DNA of 64,000 nt. Origin: a virus (lineage: Duplodnaviria > Caudoviricetes). The notes below the pieces were generated by a model. It had not been told where the DNA came from and ran no database searches. It saw nothing but the letters and a program-made list of their open reading frames with translations. The stretch lies in the IMG/VR virus record IMGVR_UViG_2639763161_000004, positions 1 to 64,000 of that record; one strand, 5' to 3'. The translations under genes and the position numbers were made by a program. Below, in pieces: positions 33,516 to 44,645 of this stretch. Within the stretch, counting starts at the first letter, position 1. Each line of letters begins with the position of its first letter.

Positions 33516-34369
33516 TACTGCCTCACTGTTAACTGCCCGATAGATGCCCAGACGATTGTCAGCCATGGGCCGCCCTCCACCCATGATGAAAGGTGGTGGA
33601 TTGCGGACTGAATCGTATAAACGCCACTCCCGTTGGGGAGGGAGGTTTCAAGCTGAACCTTGCGCCCCCGCAGGATGAGGTCGCTGTATTGGCACTGAAA
33701 ATTAATGCCGTAGTTACTGAAAACGGGGTAACCAATCAGCCCATGATCTGGAGATATCAGCGGTATGGTGTCATCAACGCTGCCCCCCTGGGGCCAGATG
33801 TACACCGCGCCCAAACGAAAATCTATCTCGATACCAGCGGCATGCGCGCACTGCTGAATCTGGCTAATCGGGTTACCCTCAAAGTAAGGGTTTTCCAGTT
33901 GCGCCGTTACGCCGTTGTTTACCACGGTGTAATTTATGCTTCCGGCAATCGCCGTAATGATGTCGGCAACGTTAACCACCCCGAGCTGAGAGAACGGAGA
34001 GGCCACCACCGACTGGTCGAACCCCGTTGAGAACGCGCTGATGATTAATGGCGCGTCAGGCATCTGATTAAAGTCGGCAAAGCAGTTTGTGATAGAGCCA
34101 AAAAAAACGGGTCTGTCATCGGCCCAGACCTTCATCATGTTCTGCTTTGCGCCGTTCAGCTGAATGCCCTTGTAACTGAGCAGCGCCATGTTCTCGATGC
34201 TGAGTCCGTATACGCGCGCCTCCAGCGTGGTGCCGGTGATGCCGCCATAGGCCCCGATTTCAACCTCAGCTTTGATGTCGCCTATCGTCAGAATGTTGTT
34301 GCCAGACTCATCAAATGCACCCTCTTTCAGGGTGAATTCAAACTTCAGCGTTCGCTTTTTGTAGGTCAT
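33515..34369 (-). CDS. Baseplate hub protein
   Basis: Synteny; GLIGYP motif. Confidence 0.7.
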   Translation of the reverse strand: MTYKKRTLKFEFTLKEGAFDESGNNILTIGDIKAEVEIGAYGGITGTTLEARVYGLSIENMALLSYKGIQLNGAKQNMMKVWADDRPVFFGSITNCFADFNQMPDAPLIISAFSTGFDQSVVASPFSQLGVVNVADIITAIAGSINYTVVNNGVTAQLENPYFEGNPISQIQQCAHAAGIEIDFRLGAVYIWPQGGSVDDTIPLISPDHGLIGYPVFSNYGINFQCQYSDLILRGRKVQLETSLPNGSGVYTIQSAIHHLSSWVEGGPWLTIVWASIGQLTVRQ

Positions 34370-34671
34370 GCTGCCATCTCTTCTGCAGTGGCATAAAACA
34401 GCTTGTAACGGGTGCCAAGTTCGTCATAAATCGGATCGTCGCTTCCTTTAGTGTCAGCAAAGAAAAGCTCACCCTGAAACTTCAGGTAGGGATACCGGAC
34501 AATCTTGTTGCAGTTCAGGCAAAGCACACCCTGAGCTATCCAGGTGTTACCCACTCCGATGTCCATAAACAGGCCCGTCGAACGCTGTACGATGCGGAGC
34601 GTAACCGTCTGGCCGCCCAGTTTCACACTGACCTCTTGCGCCTTCAGCGGCTTTAGCGAAATGTTCTGCAT
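34366..34671 (-). CDS. Small baseplate protein
   Basis: Synteny; [19 protein letters not shown]. Confidence 0.65.
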   Translation of the reverse strand: MQNISLKPLKAQEVSVKLGGQTVTLRIVQRSTGLFMDIGVGNTWIAQGVLCLNCNKIVRYPYLKFQGELFFADTKGSDDPIYDELGTRYKLFYATAEEMAA

Positions 34672-35474
34672 TACGACAACCCCGCGACCAGTTCAGTGAT
34701 TGTGGATGACAGGTTGTTTATCGCCGATGTCGCCGCTCCATTAATGGCGCTTGTTGCTCCGGATGTGGCGCTGCTGACTGCATTGCTGACGGATGTGGCA
34801 ACCTTGACCGACGCGCTCGACACAGACGATTTGAGGCCCGTTAAAGCGCCCTTCACATCATCAAGAGTGGAGTTTGTCGCCGTGGAGTTTGCTTTTTCTG
34901 TGATGGTGCTGGCGGCTTTACTGGTTGCATTGGCAGTCGTGGAACTGTTAGCCGTCGTGCTGGTCAGCGTGACCTCTGCCGACTGTAAGACAGCCTGAAA
35001 TATCGCCTCAACTGTCAGCAGAGTGACATCGCGATCTGACGTGCGGTAGTTGTACCTGACGAGATCGTAATCCTCGTAGGTCGTGTCCGGCGTCTCAATG
35101 TCGTAAACATCTGCTGTCGCCACCATCTCATCCAGCGCTGCCAGCATGTCAGCCCTGCTTGTCAGGCTGAAGTTGGTCAGGTTTGGAATGCTGCCACTAA
35201 ACCCCGTCCACCCCTCAAGCGTGAACAGCACCCGAATGACCGGCGGTCGCTTTACTTTATTGAAGGATGAATACGAGCCCTGCTCGATCGGAGCCGACAC
35301 CACAGAAGCATCAGCGCCATACTCAATGCCAAGGAACGACGTGGGATTCAGGGCAGCCGCGCCCGACTTAAGGTATATTCCGTAGCCGGGCGACAGCGTG
35401 CTGTTAATGATGGAGAAGATATTGCCGCTGTTTATCGCACTGAGCAGCGTTGTTTCATTCAGTGAAAATGCCAT
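34671..35474 (-). CDS. Tail tube initiator / Dit-like protein
   Basis: [13 protein letters not shown]; follows the tape measure gene. Confidence 0.65.
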   Translation of the reverse strand: MAFSLNETTLLSAINSGNIFSIINSTLSPGYGIYLKSGAAALNPTSFLGIEYGADASVVSAPIEQGSYSSFNKVKRPPVIRVLFTLEGWTGFSGSIPNLTNFSLTSRADMLAALDEMVATADVYDIETPDTTYEDYDLVRYNYRTSDRDVTLLTVEAIFQAVLQSAEVTLTSTTANSSTTANATSKAASTITEKANSTATNSTLDDVKGALTGLKSSVSSASVKVATSVSNAVSSATSGATSAINGAATSAINNLSSTITELVAGLS

Positions 35475-35475
35475 A

Positions 35476-37254
35476 TCAGCCCTGCCCTGAGAGTGATGGT
35501 GTTACCAGCCGGTTCCTCTGTACGCTGCGCATGATGTCCTGGCCTAACGCGTTGGCGTTGGAGGCGGACGTAGTCATATTGACCTCACCGATATGAATCT
35601 GAGTGCCTGCACCGGCAGGTGATGGGGAGCCGTTCATTGACGTAACGCCAGCGCCAAGGCGGATGCCGCCCATGATGTCTGATGAGCTGATGTAGCCCTT
35701 TCCATTTTCATGATCGACAATTCCCTTCATCAGGCGGGCGATGGTGCCAGTGTCATTCGGATCAAGCGCCTCATTCGCACCTTTACCGGTAGCTGCCGAC
35801 AGCGCGCTGATATAAGCACCGACATTGTTGTTGTCACCGGCAGGAGCGTATTTGTTGACGATGGCAGAAAGCGTATTAACACCGCGCCTGAAATAAACCT
35901 GCAACTGCTTATACAGTGCGGCCACGCCTTCCTGCATTGACCCAAATACCGCAAAGCGCCCGTTCTCACCGCCTTCTTTGGTGGCCCCGGCCTGGCCTGC
36001 ATAGTTCAGGTTGCCAGGGTTGTTATTTCGGATGCCACGCGGTGCAGATTTGTAGCCATCACCACGCGGAAGCTCTATGCCGGTTTTATCAAATGCCCAG
36101 TCATGAAACTTCTTGCCCCACTCGGTAGTTGTTCCGGTACCCATACCGCTATTGAGCGTGTTTGCTACCGGGTTGTTGACGAGCCAGGAATATTTTTTCT
36201 CAAGCTGTTCGGCGTACTTCTGAAGCTCGACCAGACCGGCGATAAGGCTGAGACGCGACAGGCCGATTAGCGCGCCTTTTACACCACCAAACGCACCCAA
36301 CATGCCTGTCAGCCACTTTCCGGCCACAAATACAAGCAACAGTGATAAGGCGTTTTCCCACCCGCCAACCGCATCGACAGCGTTGCCTATCTCTTTTGAT
36401 GTGTCAGAGAAGAACTTCTGAATCTCCGGGCCGTGAGTGGAAATCCAGTTGCCAAATTTTTCGATAAGTGGGATCAGTTTCTCTACGTAGGGAATCAGAG
36501 CTTCATAAAGCACCTGTGAGGCGGCGGAGAAGTTTTGCTTCATCTCTGCCAGGCGACGATTAAACTCCTGCGCTTTTCGCGTTGCCTCGTCTGTCGCGCG
36601 CGACATCTTAGTGAAGCGGTCGGCATCCTGAACCAGATTGCCGCTTCCCATTGCCTGCTGAGTGGCATTATCAAATCCGAACATGCTGCCAAACCGGCGC
36701 TGAGCGTCTTTGTTAAGCTTGCCCCAGTTCTGCGCAATCTTGCGCATGATGGCTTCTGAGTTATCGTTTTGATAATCGAAGTTGGCCCCGGTGGCCGCCC
36801 CGAAGCTTGCCAGCGCGCCGAAAAGCGGATCATCCTGCGCGCCACCGGTCCTGATTTTGGTCAGTGTGTCCTGAAATGCGCCCAGTGTGCCGGTAATCTT
36901 CTGCGCGCTCGAACCGGCAGCTTCTGCTGCGCGCTGCCAGCCATCAAGTGATTTTGACGACATATCCAGCGATTTCGAGCTCACAGCAAGCTGCTGTAGG
37001 TTGCTCGTCATGCCAGTGATAAACGTCTTGATGCCCTGCGCGGACAATGTCACGCCAACAAGCGCCAGCAGTTCAGTACGGATTGACCCAAAGAAAGAGG
37101 CCGCTCTTTTACCTGCGGCCTCCATTTCTTTCGCTGTCTGATCAGCATTGTCTTTGGTGTCTTTCAGGCCTTTCTTTACGTCTGCCTGACCCTTTTTAAA
37201 ATTACTTGAGTCAAGCCCCAGCGTAACAATCAGGGAATCAATGATGTTAGGCAT
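35476..37254 (-). CDS. Tape measure protein with C-terminal lysozyme-like domain
   Basis: IIDSLIVTLGLD start; RGIRNNNPGNL...KYAP..DNNN...HENG. Confidence 0.85.
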   Translation of the reverse strand: MPNIIDSLIVTLGLDSSNFKKGQADVKKGLKDTKDNADQTAKEMEAAGKRAASFFGSIRTELLALVGVTLSAQGIKTFITGMTSNLQQLAVSSKSLDMSSKSLDGWQRAAEAAGSSAQKITGTLGAFQDTLTKIRTGGAQDDPLFGALASFGAATGANFDYQNDNSEAIMRKIAQNWGKLNKDAQRRFGSMFGFDNATQQAMGSGNLVQDADRFTKMSRATDEATRKAQEFNRRLAEMKQNFSAASQVLYEALIPYVEKLIPLIEKFGNWISTHGPEIQKFFSDTSKEIGNAVDAVGGWENALSLLLVFVAGKWLTGMLGAFGGVKGALIGLSRLSLIAGLVELQKYAEQLEKKYSWLVNNPVANTLNSGMGTGTTTEWGKKFHDWAFDKTGIELPRGDGYKSAPRGIRNNNPGNLNYAGQAGATKEGGENGRFAVFGSMQEGVAALYKQLQVYFRRGVNTLSAIVNKYAPAGDNNNVGAYISALSAATGKGANEALDPNDTGTIARLMKGIVDHENGKGYISSSDIMGGIRLGAGVTSMNGSPSPAGAGTQIHIGEVNMTTSASNANALGQDIMRSVQRNRLVTPSLSGQG

Positions 37255-37451
37255 TACGGATTCTCCTGAGAGCGGTTAATAACCATCTGGTTGTAGTTTT
37301 CCACGGTATTGATTTCCAGCAGCCGCCATAAGTCCTCTGTGCCGTAAAAGGTATCCAGCTCATAGAGGGTCGCAAGTTTTGAGGAGACAACAGTTGCGAT
37401 GGTGCTGGGAACATTTTCATATTTCACCAGCCCCACCACGTCACTCCCCAT
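37254..37451 (-). CDS. C-terminal part of the frameshifted tail assembly chaperone (gpT-like)
   Basis: In the -1 frame from the slippery site at 37484-37490; ATLYEL motif. Confidence 0.7.
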   Translation of the reverse strand: MGSDVVGLVKYENVPSTIATVVSSKLATLYELDTFYGTEDLWRLLEINTVENYNQMVINRSQENP

Positions 37452-37465
37452 AGTAGGCGGAATGT

Positions 37466-37870
37466 CTAACCTGCGACGGCGGTGAAAAAATCAACGTGCA
37501 GCTTCAGCACTTCAGAACGCAACTTGAGGCGGGTTGTCACTTCCTCGACCGCATCTTCCATAATGGGCCGCTTAACAGACCGGTCATCAGGGTTTGGCAC
37601 GTACTCAACACAGGACATTAGCTCGTCGAGTAGCGGCTTTGCTTCTTCCGGGTCAATTTTTGCAACCATTTCGAGGCCGACTTTAGCCATGCCTGCCATA
37701 CCCAAATCTGAAAAGTTATCCGGAAGATTAACGCCGTTCTTAGCCATCGCCAGTCCGGCACGGATCGCCCACCATTCAGCTTTAGAGGCAGCCATTTCGC
37801 GAATAAAGAAGACCTTCCCCTGATCACGTCCTTTTCCCTCTACCGTGTAATAAAGCTCTTTACGTGCCAT
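37466..37870 (-). CDS. Tail assembly chaperone (gpG-like)
   Basis: Between tube and tape measure genes; ends at T TTT TTC slippery site. Confidence 0.8.
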   Translation of the reverse strand: MARKELYYTVEGKGRDQGKVFFIREMAASKAEWWAIRAGLAMAKNGVNLPDNFSDLGMAGMAKVGLEMVAKIDPEEAKPLLDELMSCVEYVPNPDDRSVKRPIMEDAVEEVTTRLKLRSEVLKLHVDFFTAVAG

Positions 37871-37878
37871 GTGATTCC

Positions 37879-38319
37879 TTACGCCTGATAGGCCTCAGCC
37901 GTGACATTCTCCCAGTTAATCTGGAAGGTCATTGCCTGCAGTACGCGCTGCGCATCCGGGATGGCTTTAACTCGCTGCAGTACGCCGTTGGTCAGTGTGA
38001 ACTTACGGCCAATGGCCGGGAGGATGATTGTTGCGTTGCAGCGGAAAACCGCCTTGGACGTTACCGAAGTCAGTTGCCAGGTTTCGAACAGTCCGCGTGA
38101 CGGGCTGTCTGGCATGATGGTGATCGTCTGAAGATACTCCCCGAACACGAAGCCAGCCGACAGCTTGCCGTCAGCGCCACGGACAGACACTGCCATTTCG
38201 GTATCGCCCAGGGCGAACATCGCATCAGCGGCATAACCTTCCAGCGTTTGCGCGCTGGGGAAAAGGTTGGTAACAGTGAGGGCGAAAATAGAATCAGCGC
38301 TTGTGATAGTGTTGGACAT
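37879..38319 (-). CDS. Tail tube protein
   Basis: Follows sheath; GADGKLSAGF. Confidence 0.75.
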   Translation of the reverse strand: MSNTITSADSIFALTVTNLFPSAQTLEGYAADAMFALGDTEMAVSVRGADGKLSAGFVFGEYLQTITIMPDSPSRGLFETWQLTSVTSKAVFRCNATIILPAIGRKFTLTNGVLQRVKAIPDAQRVLQAMTFQINWENVTAEAYQA

Positions 38320-39797
38320 TATTGCACCTCAATGCTTGCCAGGGTGATTTTCTGCACACAGCCGCCATCGCAGTACCATAGGGTCATGCTTGGGCTTGTG
38401 CGCGCCTGACGCTGTTCTGGCGTCGCGTCTGCGATAAACAGGTAGTAGCCTTTGGCGATCAGCGAGGCTGACACGTCGGTGCCGACAGCGTTCTGAATCT
38501 CTGAAATCTGCGAAGATGACAGGTTTACGCCGGTACGGATGCCGCCAAATGTGATGCCCTGATTAAGGGTATCTGCGAATGACGCCTCAATGATTGCCTT
38601 GCCACGCGCGTTGTAAGGAATGCTGCGGTTAGACTGGAAAAGCTCAATCGCGTCCTGAGCCAGGTTGGCATTGAGCCAGATCTGGAAGCAGAAGGAATCG
38701 AACCATTTGAAGTCACCAGAGACGGTGCCATCGGCCCAGTAGCGCGTGTCGTAATTGTTCGCCGTGTATGCGCCGTAGAAGTTGTATCCGTTGGCGATGA
38801 GCGCGTCGTAGTCCGCTGAAGAATCCACGGTTGACAACAGCCCTGACAGGGAGCGGAACTTGAACGGAACCCGACCCTCCTGGCGACTGAAGTCCAGCGA
38901 AGCTGAGTAACCTAACACTGCTGCGGCATGTGCCTGGCTGCCGTATACCGGCACTGCATTTGCATATGCGTTGGTGACCAGAATCAGGTGGGCGAGCGTC
39001 GTTGTTGAGCCAGAAACCAGCGCTGCGGCTTCCTGCGTATATGGCACGTAGCCAAAGCGGAAGTTCTGTCCATTTACCCAGGCAGAGAACGCCAGCGCCT
39101 GATCGTTGCTTGGCGCAAACGATGTGGTGAAGATGGCCCAGTTCTGAGATGAATCAAGAATCGCCTGCATTGCAGTAGTCACGACGGCAGCATCGGCACC
39201 CTGAGAGAGAAGAGCTCCATCAGTCGCGGTAAGCTTGAGGCCATCGGAAAGCGTTCCGGTCGCATAAGTGATTGTGCTATCCGCGCCGGTAGTGGCAGAG
39301 GTGATGACGAAACGCTTCTGTGTCGTGTCGTAATCAACCGTAACACTGGACCCAATGCCTGTTTCAATCAGGTCTGCAGCCTGCGCAAAGCTTGTAGCCC
39401 CGCTCAGGTTGATAGAGGCTGAGGTATGGGGAGTTCCGTCAACCGTTAGCGTCAGGACGCCTGACAGCAGCTTTAGCTGGTCCAGGGTGACGTTTGCCAT
39501 TGAACCGGAGCGCAGCCATGCCGCAGCCGCCGCCGGGTTGAACCGGGCGAAAAGCAGCGCGCCAGGCGTTTTGGTTGAGCCGTCATAGCCCTGAAAGTAG
39601 ATTTCAGCCATGCTGAATTCATTTGACGAGCTGCCGAAATATGCCGACACGTCATCCTTACTGGTGAACGTGACAACACTCCCCACCGGAGCATAGGCGC
39701 TGTCGGTCAGGATAAGGCCATTCAGATCGAGCGCTGAACCGCCAGCAGGCAAAACGCCAGGGTTGATCTGGACATCTTTACGTAATGGGATTGCCAT
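38319..39797 (-). CDS. Tail sheath protein (DUF3383)
   Basis: V.INPGVL, YFGSSS.E, IPYN..G. Confidence 0.85.
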   Translation of the reverse strand: MAIPLRKDVQINPGVLPAGGSALDLNGLILTDSAYAPVGSVVTFTSKDDVSAYFGSSSNEFSMAEIYFQGYDGSTKTPGALLFARFNPAAAAAWLRSGSMANVTLDQLKLLSGVLTLTVDGTPHTSASINLSGATSFAQAADLIETGIGSSVTVDYDTTQKRFVITSATTGADSTITYATGTLSDGLKLTATDGALLSQGADAAVVTTAMQAILDSSQNWAIFTTSFAPSNDQALAFSAWVNGQNFRFGYVPYTQEAAALVSGSTTTLAHLILVTNAYANAVPVYGSQAHAAAVLGYSASLDFSRQEGRVPFKFRSLSGLLSTVDSSADYDALIANGYNFYGAYTANNYDTRYWADGTVSGDFKWFDSFCFQIWLNANLAQDAIELFQSNRSIPYNARGKAIIEASFADTLNQGITFGGIRTGVNLSSSQISEIQNAVGTDVSASLIAKGYYLFIADATPEQRQARTSPSMTLWYCDGGCVQKITLASIEVQ

Positions 39798-40349
39798 TTA
39801 TGCATTCTCCGGAGGGTATTTTAAATCTGCGGCAATGGTGCCGACGGTGATGCTGTCCATGAAGTCCTGACGTGTGGTAACGGTCGGGTTGAACTGACCA
39901 ATAAATTCCATCGTCCAGCGGCCTTCATACTGTTGTTCGCCGTTAATCATGGTTGTCTGGTGCGGGTCTGAGCAGTAAAGAGGGATAAGCACGGGTCCGT
40001 TTGCGCGAAACCAGTCACAGGCATAATCAGAGCGAACCAGGGTGCCGATGATGGCTGCGTTATCCGCCGCGTTCTCGCCGTAGCAGTCAATCTGACAAGG
40101 CCACTGGGTACTGCGCTGGTTAAGCTGCTTACCCTGACCATAGATGCCGTTATCGTTGAAGCTGACGCGGTTTGTGGACAGGCCTATTTGCTTCAGTGGC
40201 GTCATGATGATGAAGTCACTGAGCGGCATAGGGTCGAGGTTTTGCTGACCGACCAGCACAAAGTCCATCGTCAGACCGGTCACTTCCATCAAGAAAGCCT
40301 GGAGAGCTATGCGCAAGTCTAACTCAGTAACATCAACGGTGGCTGTCAT
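39798..40349 (-). CDS. Tail terminator/neck protein
   Basis: QIDCYG, EQQYEGRW; synteny. Confidence 0.7.
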   Translation of the reverse strand: MTATVDVTELDLRIALQAFLMEVTGLTMDFVLVGQQNLDPMPLSDFIIMTPLKQIGLSTNRVSFNDNGIYGQGKQLNQRSTQWPCQIDCYGENAADNAAIIGTLVRSDYACDWFRANGPVLIPLYCSDPHQTTMINGEQQYEGRWTMEFIGQFNPTVTTRQDFMDSITVGTIAADLKYPPENA

Positions 40350-40714
40350 GTCGGCCTCTGCAGGTTAATGATGAGTTTGCACCAGTCCGGCCAGAGTTCA
40401 GCGACTTTGACGACAAGCCACTTCTGATCGCCCACCATCAGGAAGTCACCACCTTTTTGCTCAGGCCGGTTGATGCCATTGAAATTACCGGTGACATAAG
40501 CCGATCGCAGAATCCCCTGAATGTTGATGGCGTCAACCTGCTTCAGGTCTGTCGATGACAGTTCCTGCAACTGAACCATCACCTCCACACTGGTATAAGA
40601 CTGCGTCTTTTTACCGCCGGGTAGCGTGGAAGAGCCGGTGTTAACCATGAACGTGCCTGGCACATCGGGATTGACGCGGGTAATTGCTCCGCGCACGATT
40701 CCGTGTAGGTTCAT
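40346..40714 (-). CDS. Head closure protein
   Basis: MNLHGIV; GGD..WLV..V.E.WPDW. Confidence 0.7.
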   Translation of the reverse strand: MNLHGIVRGAITRVNPDVPGTFMVNTGSSTLPGGKKTQSYTSVEVMVQLQELSSTDLKQVDAINIQGILRSAYVTGNFNGINRPEQKGGDFLMVGDQKWLVVKVAELWPDWCKLIINLQRPT

Positions 40715-41160
40715 CAGGTCACCTCGTAGTTGACGTCGCCGATCATCACGCGCGTATCGACAAGAGGTTTGTCTGACTGGTTTGGCATGACCTTGCGGTT
40801 TCTGCGGCGCTCAAGCGTGACGGGCGATAGTGCAGGCTCGGTAAGGGTCGCAATCGACTCCTGCACATCGCCTTTTATCTGCGCGCCAACTACTTCAAGC
40901 ACAGTTCGGGCATCATTTCCGGCAGCAAGGCCACGCTCAATCGTTTTGGTCCACTCACCTTTTTTCTCTGCAATAGCATTGCGGAAGAAAGGCCGTGGCG
41001 GCTGATTGTGTGCCGGGTCTCCGTATTCATTCATTGTGGCAACCAGCGCAACGCTGGTGCCATCCGGATACGTTGACCCGCCGAGAAACCCGGCGCGGAC
41101 TTCAGTGGCATTCAGCTTTTCCAGCATTCCCTCAAGGTACTTATCCAGTCCGTCAGCCAT
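40714..41160 (-). CDS. Neck / tail completion protein
   Basis: NEYG, PPRPFFR, KPLVDT. Confidence 0.7.
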   Translation of the reverse strand: MADGLDKYLEGMLEKLNATEVRAGFLGGSTYPDGTSVALVATMNEYGDPAHNQPPRPFFRNAIAEKKGEWTKTIERGLAAGNDARTVLEVVGAQIKGDVQESIATLTEPALSPVTLERRRNRKVMPNQSDKPLVDTRVMIGDVNYEVT

Positions 41161-41557
41161 AAATGCTCCCCGGGTAGTAAGTCGCCATGCGGTAGACTTT
41201 AGTGGCCTGCCAGAAGCCCATGCCGTAAGGGCTCTGCGTATACCATGCATACCGGAACTCAATCGGGCCGAGCTCGGACGATACCGACACGCTGCCCTCT
41301 GAAGCCGATGAAATCCGCCCAACCATTCCCGAGCCACCGTTACCCTTATTGTCGCCGTATCTCACATACGCGATGTGAGCCATCAGCATATAGAGCAGGC
41401 GCTCGCGCTTGATGGGGTCATCAACGAGTGAGAAATTGGTGTTATTCAGGTAGTCAGTTGCCTGGTCGAACAGGAAGGGCAGGATTGCATCGGTGACGTT
41501 TGAGAACTCAGGATACATGTCGCGGAAGCTGGTAATGTTCAGCGTCACGACAGCCAT
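41153..41557 (-). CDS. Head-tail adaptor (DUF4054)
   Basis: FR.MYPEF, GRISSASEGSVSVS, W.QSPYG. Confidence 0.8.
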   Translation of the reverse strand: MAVVTLNITSFRDMYPEFSNVTDAILPFLFDQATDYLNNTNFSLVDDPIKRERLLYMLMAHIAYVRYGDNKGNGGSGMVGRISSASEGSVSVSSELGPIEFRYAWYTQSPYGMGFWQATKVYRMATYYPGSIYG

Positions 41558-41560
41558 GAT

Positions 41561-41887
41561 TTAGTCCTCTTTGAGGTCTTCCACTCCTGCAGCGGCAGCA
41601 TTGGCCTGCTCAAGGCCAGTCTTTTGCTTTGACCGTTCCAGAGCGGCGTCTGCTGCTGACTTCTCATCCGACACAGCAAACACAATGCCGTTACGAATAA
41701 GTGGTCCGTCAGCATGGGCTTTGGCGAATGCATCCCACACATCCGCAGGCACATCCTTGGTAATGCCGAACCCGTTAATCAGGGCCGAATCGTTGGCCCC
41801 TTTCAGTTCGACGCGATCAGCACCATGTCCGATGCGTAGGCCATTAGGAAGCTTGCAGCCGATTACGTAAGTTGATCCCTTTGCCAT
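41561..41887 (-). CDS. Phage head-region hypothetical protein
   Basis: GCKLPNGL; follows capsid gene. Confidence 0.7.
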   Translation of the reverse strand: MAKGSTYVIGCKLPNGLRIGHGADRVELKGANDSALINGFGITKDVPADVWDAFAKAHADGPLIRNGIVFAVSDEKSAADAALERSKQKTGLEQANAAAAGVEDLKED

Positions 41888-41890
41888 GCG

Positions 41891-42916
41891 TTAAACTCCC
41901 AGCATCTGTGCGAACAGGAACGGCTGAGTGATAACTGCGCCGTAAGTGGTACCGGAGTGCTTCTGCTTCCAGCTTGAAGTCATGGTGATGACCGGATGAG
42001 CACGCAGTTTTTCACTGTATGCGCAGTAGCCGACATCCTGGCCCTGTGCGGTGCGCACAAACATCTGCACCAGCTCACCTGCATCAGTGCTGTACTGCGG
42101 AGCCACTTCGATGGTGATGTTGGTGAAGGTGTCTTTGACCATCTTCTCAACGGAGTTGCCGAACACTTCGTTCGACTTTTTGAACCACACCGATGCTTTA
42201 GGCGACATTCCCAGAACCAGCGGAGAGGCCATGTCAACGCCGTCACCTACTGCACCGTTGGTGCGGGTGATCAGGTCTTCGTACAGCGCCAGGATATCGT
42301 TGTAGATATCGATGACCTGCTTGGCAGACCACAGGGTTGCGCCGCCCACAGTGGCCGGAGTCAGCGGTGAAGGCAGTGACGGGTCATTCAGGATGCCGTA
42401 GTTCAGCAGGCCATTGACGCCGTAGAAGTAAAACTTGTTCTGTGCCTGATTCATGGTCCAGGCAGCGGCGCGCTGCTTCTCAGCAACGTATGGCAGCATT
42501 GCCAGGCCGTAGCGTTCCTGCTCCAGTTCGCCATAAGTAACCATGGTCTGGTAGCGATACACCTGACGGTTTTCCCAGCGAGAGGTCACCTGGTTGGCAC
42601 CCTGTTCGCTGTAATCGTCATACGCAACCACGTCACCAGACTGCTCAACGCGCTGGATCATCATGGTGTCTTGCGCCCACGAACCTTTTTTCTTCTCGCC
42701 CAGAATGTCTACAGCCTTCTGCTTGGCGAAGATGGTGCGCACAATTTCGGGGTCAATGAAGGTTGAAACGATCGCCGGGATGCCGCCGTTTGCTGCCAGG
42801 CTCGGCTGCGGGTCAGCATCCATTGCGAATTTGGTTACCGAAGCGGGCAGGTAAACGCCACGGGATTCGGCTTCCGCTTTAAAGGCCGCGAAATCAGCCT
42901 GAGTCAGTTGAGGCAT
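41891..42916 (-). CDS. Major capsid protein (DUF2184-like)
   Basis: 341 aa; YFYG..GL.NYGILNDP; synteny. Confidence 0.85.
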   Translation of the reverse strand: MPQLTQADFAAFKAEAESRGVYLPASVTKFAMDADPQPSLAANGGIPAIVSTFIDPEIVRTIFAKQKAVDILGEKKKGSWAQDTMMIQRVEQSGDVVAYDDYSEQGANQVTSRWENRQVYRYQTMVTYGELEQERYGLAMLPYVAEKQRAAAWTMNQAQNKFYFYGVNGLLNYGILNDPSLPSPLTPATVGGATLWSAKQVIDIYNDILALYEDLITRTNGAVGDGVDMASPLVLGMSPKASVWFKKSNEVFGNSVEKMVKDTFTNITIEVAPQYSTDAGELVQMFVRTAQGQDVGYCAYSEKLRAHPVITMTSSWKQKHSGTTYGAVITQPFLFAQMLGV

Positions 42917-43404
42917 TATGCTTTGCTCCAGGTAGAAATGATGATCAGGTTGCCGGTGGTCGCCGCGTAAGAGACGTACCAGTCGGTCTCTACAGCGCCC
43001 GAAATGGTCGCACCTGCTGTGCCGGTCTTCAGCGTGCCGTCTGCCAGCACAGCAAAGACTTTCTGACCAACGGTGGCATCAGTAGCCGCCAGTGCCCAGA
43101 AGTCACCACCAACCACAGGGGAAGCCTCACGGCCTGCCGGGATGGTCATGCTGGTATTTTGCAGATAGCCGATGGTGGCGTTGGCGTTGTTGTAGATGAA
43201 GCCCAGAGGCTTGCCGGTTCCGGTATTGTTCAGCAACAGAGGGTTGGTGCCGTCGCGCCATGCGAAACGGGCCATGACCAGACCGCTTGCGCCAGCCTGG
43301 AATGCACCAGGGCCACCGGCAGCGGCGATGATTGGGCTGTTTGATGCAGGCTGACCAGCCTGACCAACGCCAGAGTAAATGTTAACGCTCGTCTGGAAAG
43401 CCAT
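42916..43404 (-). CDS. Capsid decoration/cement protein
   Basis: MAFQ..VN; GDFWA; between protease and capsid genes. Confidence 0.7.
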   Translation of the reverse strand: MAFQTSVNIYSGVGQAGQPASNSPIIAAAGGPGAFQAGASGLVMARFAWRDGTNPLLLNNTGTGKPLGFIYNNANATIGYLQNTSMTIPAGREASPVVGGDFWALAATDATVGQKVFAVLADGTLKTGTAGATISGAVETDWYVSYAATTGNLIIISTWSKA

Positions 43405-43406
43405 TG

Positions 43407-44633
43407 TTATTTGCCCTCAAAGAAGTTTTTAACGTTTTCGCGTGAAGAGTGGTTGATCGGCGCTGAATCCTGAGCCATTGACGGCGTGCGGGCATAGGCC
43501 TTAAACACCGAGCTCAGCGCAGCAGACGGGATAGACGCGTGTTCTTCGCAGCCCAGTTGTTTCAGGGCGGTGCGATACACCTCATCAGCGCTGTCACAGG
43601 CCAGTTCGCCTACTACCGGGCGCACATCGCGCTCAGCCTGGCGCAGGGAAATGAAGCGCTGCTCTACGGCCTGAGTGGCAGACTTGATCGCAGAGTCCAT
43701 GGCTAACTTGCTGTCGTTCGCCATTTTCTCTTTCTTGTCTTTTTCTGACTCTTCTTCATCGTCAGCGGTTTTTTTGTCTTTCTTGTCGTCATCCTCATCT
43801 TTGGCAAGGTCTTTATCTTCCTTGTCAGAGTCTTTGGCGACTTTGTCGTCTTTGTCTTCATCTTTGATGATGGCTTCGACTTTCTTTTCCATCTCTTCAG
43901 GGTTGGCGTCATTCGCCAGATGGGGCTTAAAGAGCGCCATCAGTTTCTGGATTTTTGACATCAGTTTGAGTCCTGTCGGTTGTGAGTCGTATACAAATAC
44001 ATCCGGGCCTGCCCGGCCTGATGGCACGATTGCCACGTGGTTACAAACGATGTCACGCATGACGCCATCGTATGCCTCTCCCTCAAACTCGCCCGGGGTC
44101 ATGTCTGGCCGGTAGCGGTAAGAGGATGAAATTTCGCGCTGCTGCTTGTTCTCAACGCCGATGATGGAATTCACATCCCAGATGACCATTGAGTTTTTCA
44201 GGTAGGTGCCGTCGAATTCCGCGCTCTCACCCGTTGAGCCGATGATGGCGTCTTTGGGCGGGTCGGTGATGGTGACGGCGATATGCGTATTCAGCAGCGG
44301 CTGATTGTTAAATGTGTCTGCGGCCTTGCGTAGCTCTTCAGGGTCGCGTAACAGGCGGTAAGCTTTTTCAGGCTCAAGGCCAAGCTCTTGCCAGCCCGGG
44401 ATTTCTTTGCCGTAGTAGACGCACACGTTAGCCTTGCTGATAGGCGTCATTTCGACATGCATCTTGCCGTCGGCGTCGTACTTGCGCACGCTGGCCCGGT
44501 CGAATGCGAGCGTGGAATCACGGGCATAGCCATTGGCATAAGCGGCGCGCTCAACCTCTTCGGCCTTCTCTTTGGTTTCGAAAGGCCCGCGTCCACCCCA
44601 CCACCAGGAGCCGTCTTTTTGATGTACTGGCAT
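43407..44633 (-). CDS. Prohead protease/scaffold (DUF2213)
   Basis: ISKANVC.Y.G, EISSSY, NHVAIV..GRAG; acidic/basic scaffold region. Confidence 0.85.
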   Translation of the reverse strand: MPVHQKDGSWWWGGRGPFETKEKAEEVERAAYANGYARDSTLAFDRASVRKYDADGKMHVEMTPISKANVCVYYGKEIPGWQELGLEPEKAYRLLRDPEELRKAADTFNNQPLLNTHIAVTITDPPKDAIIGSTGESAEFDGTYLKNSMVIWDVNSIIGVENKQQREISSSYRYRPDMTPGEFEGEAYDGVMRDIVCNHVAIVPSGRAGPDVFVYDSQPTGLKLMSKIQKLMALFKPHLANDANPEEMEKKVEAIIKDEDKDDKVAKDSDKEDKDLAKDEDDDKKDKKTADDEEESEKDKKEKMANDSKLAMDSAIKSATQAVEQRFISLRQAERDVRPVVGELACDSADEVYRTALKQLGCEEHASIPSAALSSVFKAYARTPSMAQDSAPINHSSRENVKNFFEGK

Positions 44634-44645
44634 GCTAAGCACCTA

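Noticed and set aside
43720-43870. Repetitive DNA in the DUF2213 gene
   Set aside because: Low-complexity Asp/Lys/Glu scaffold coding sequence, not an array
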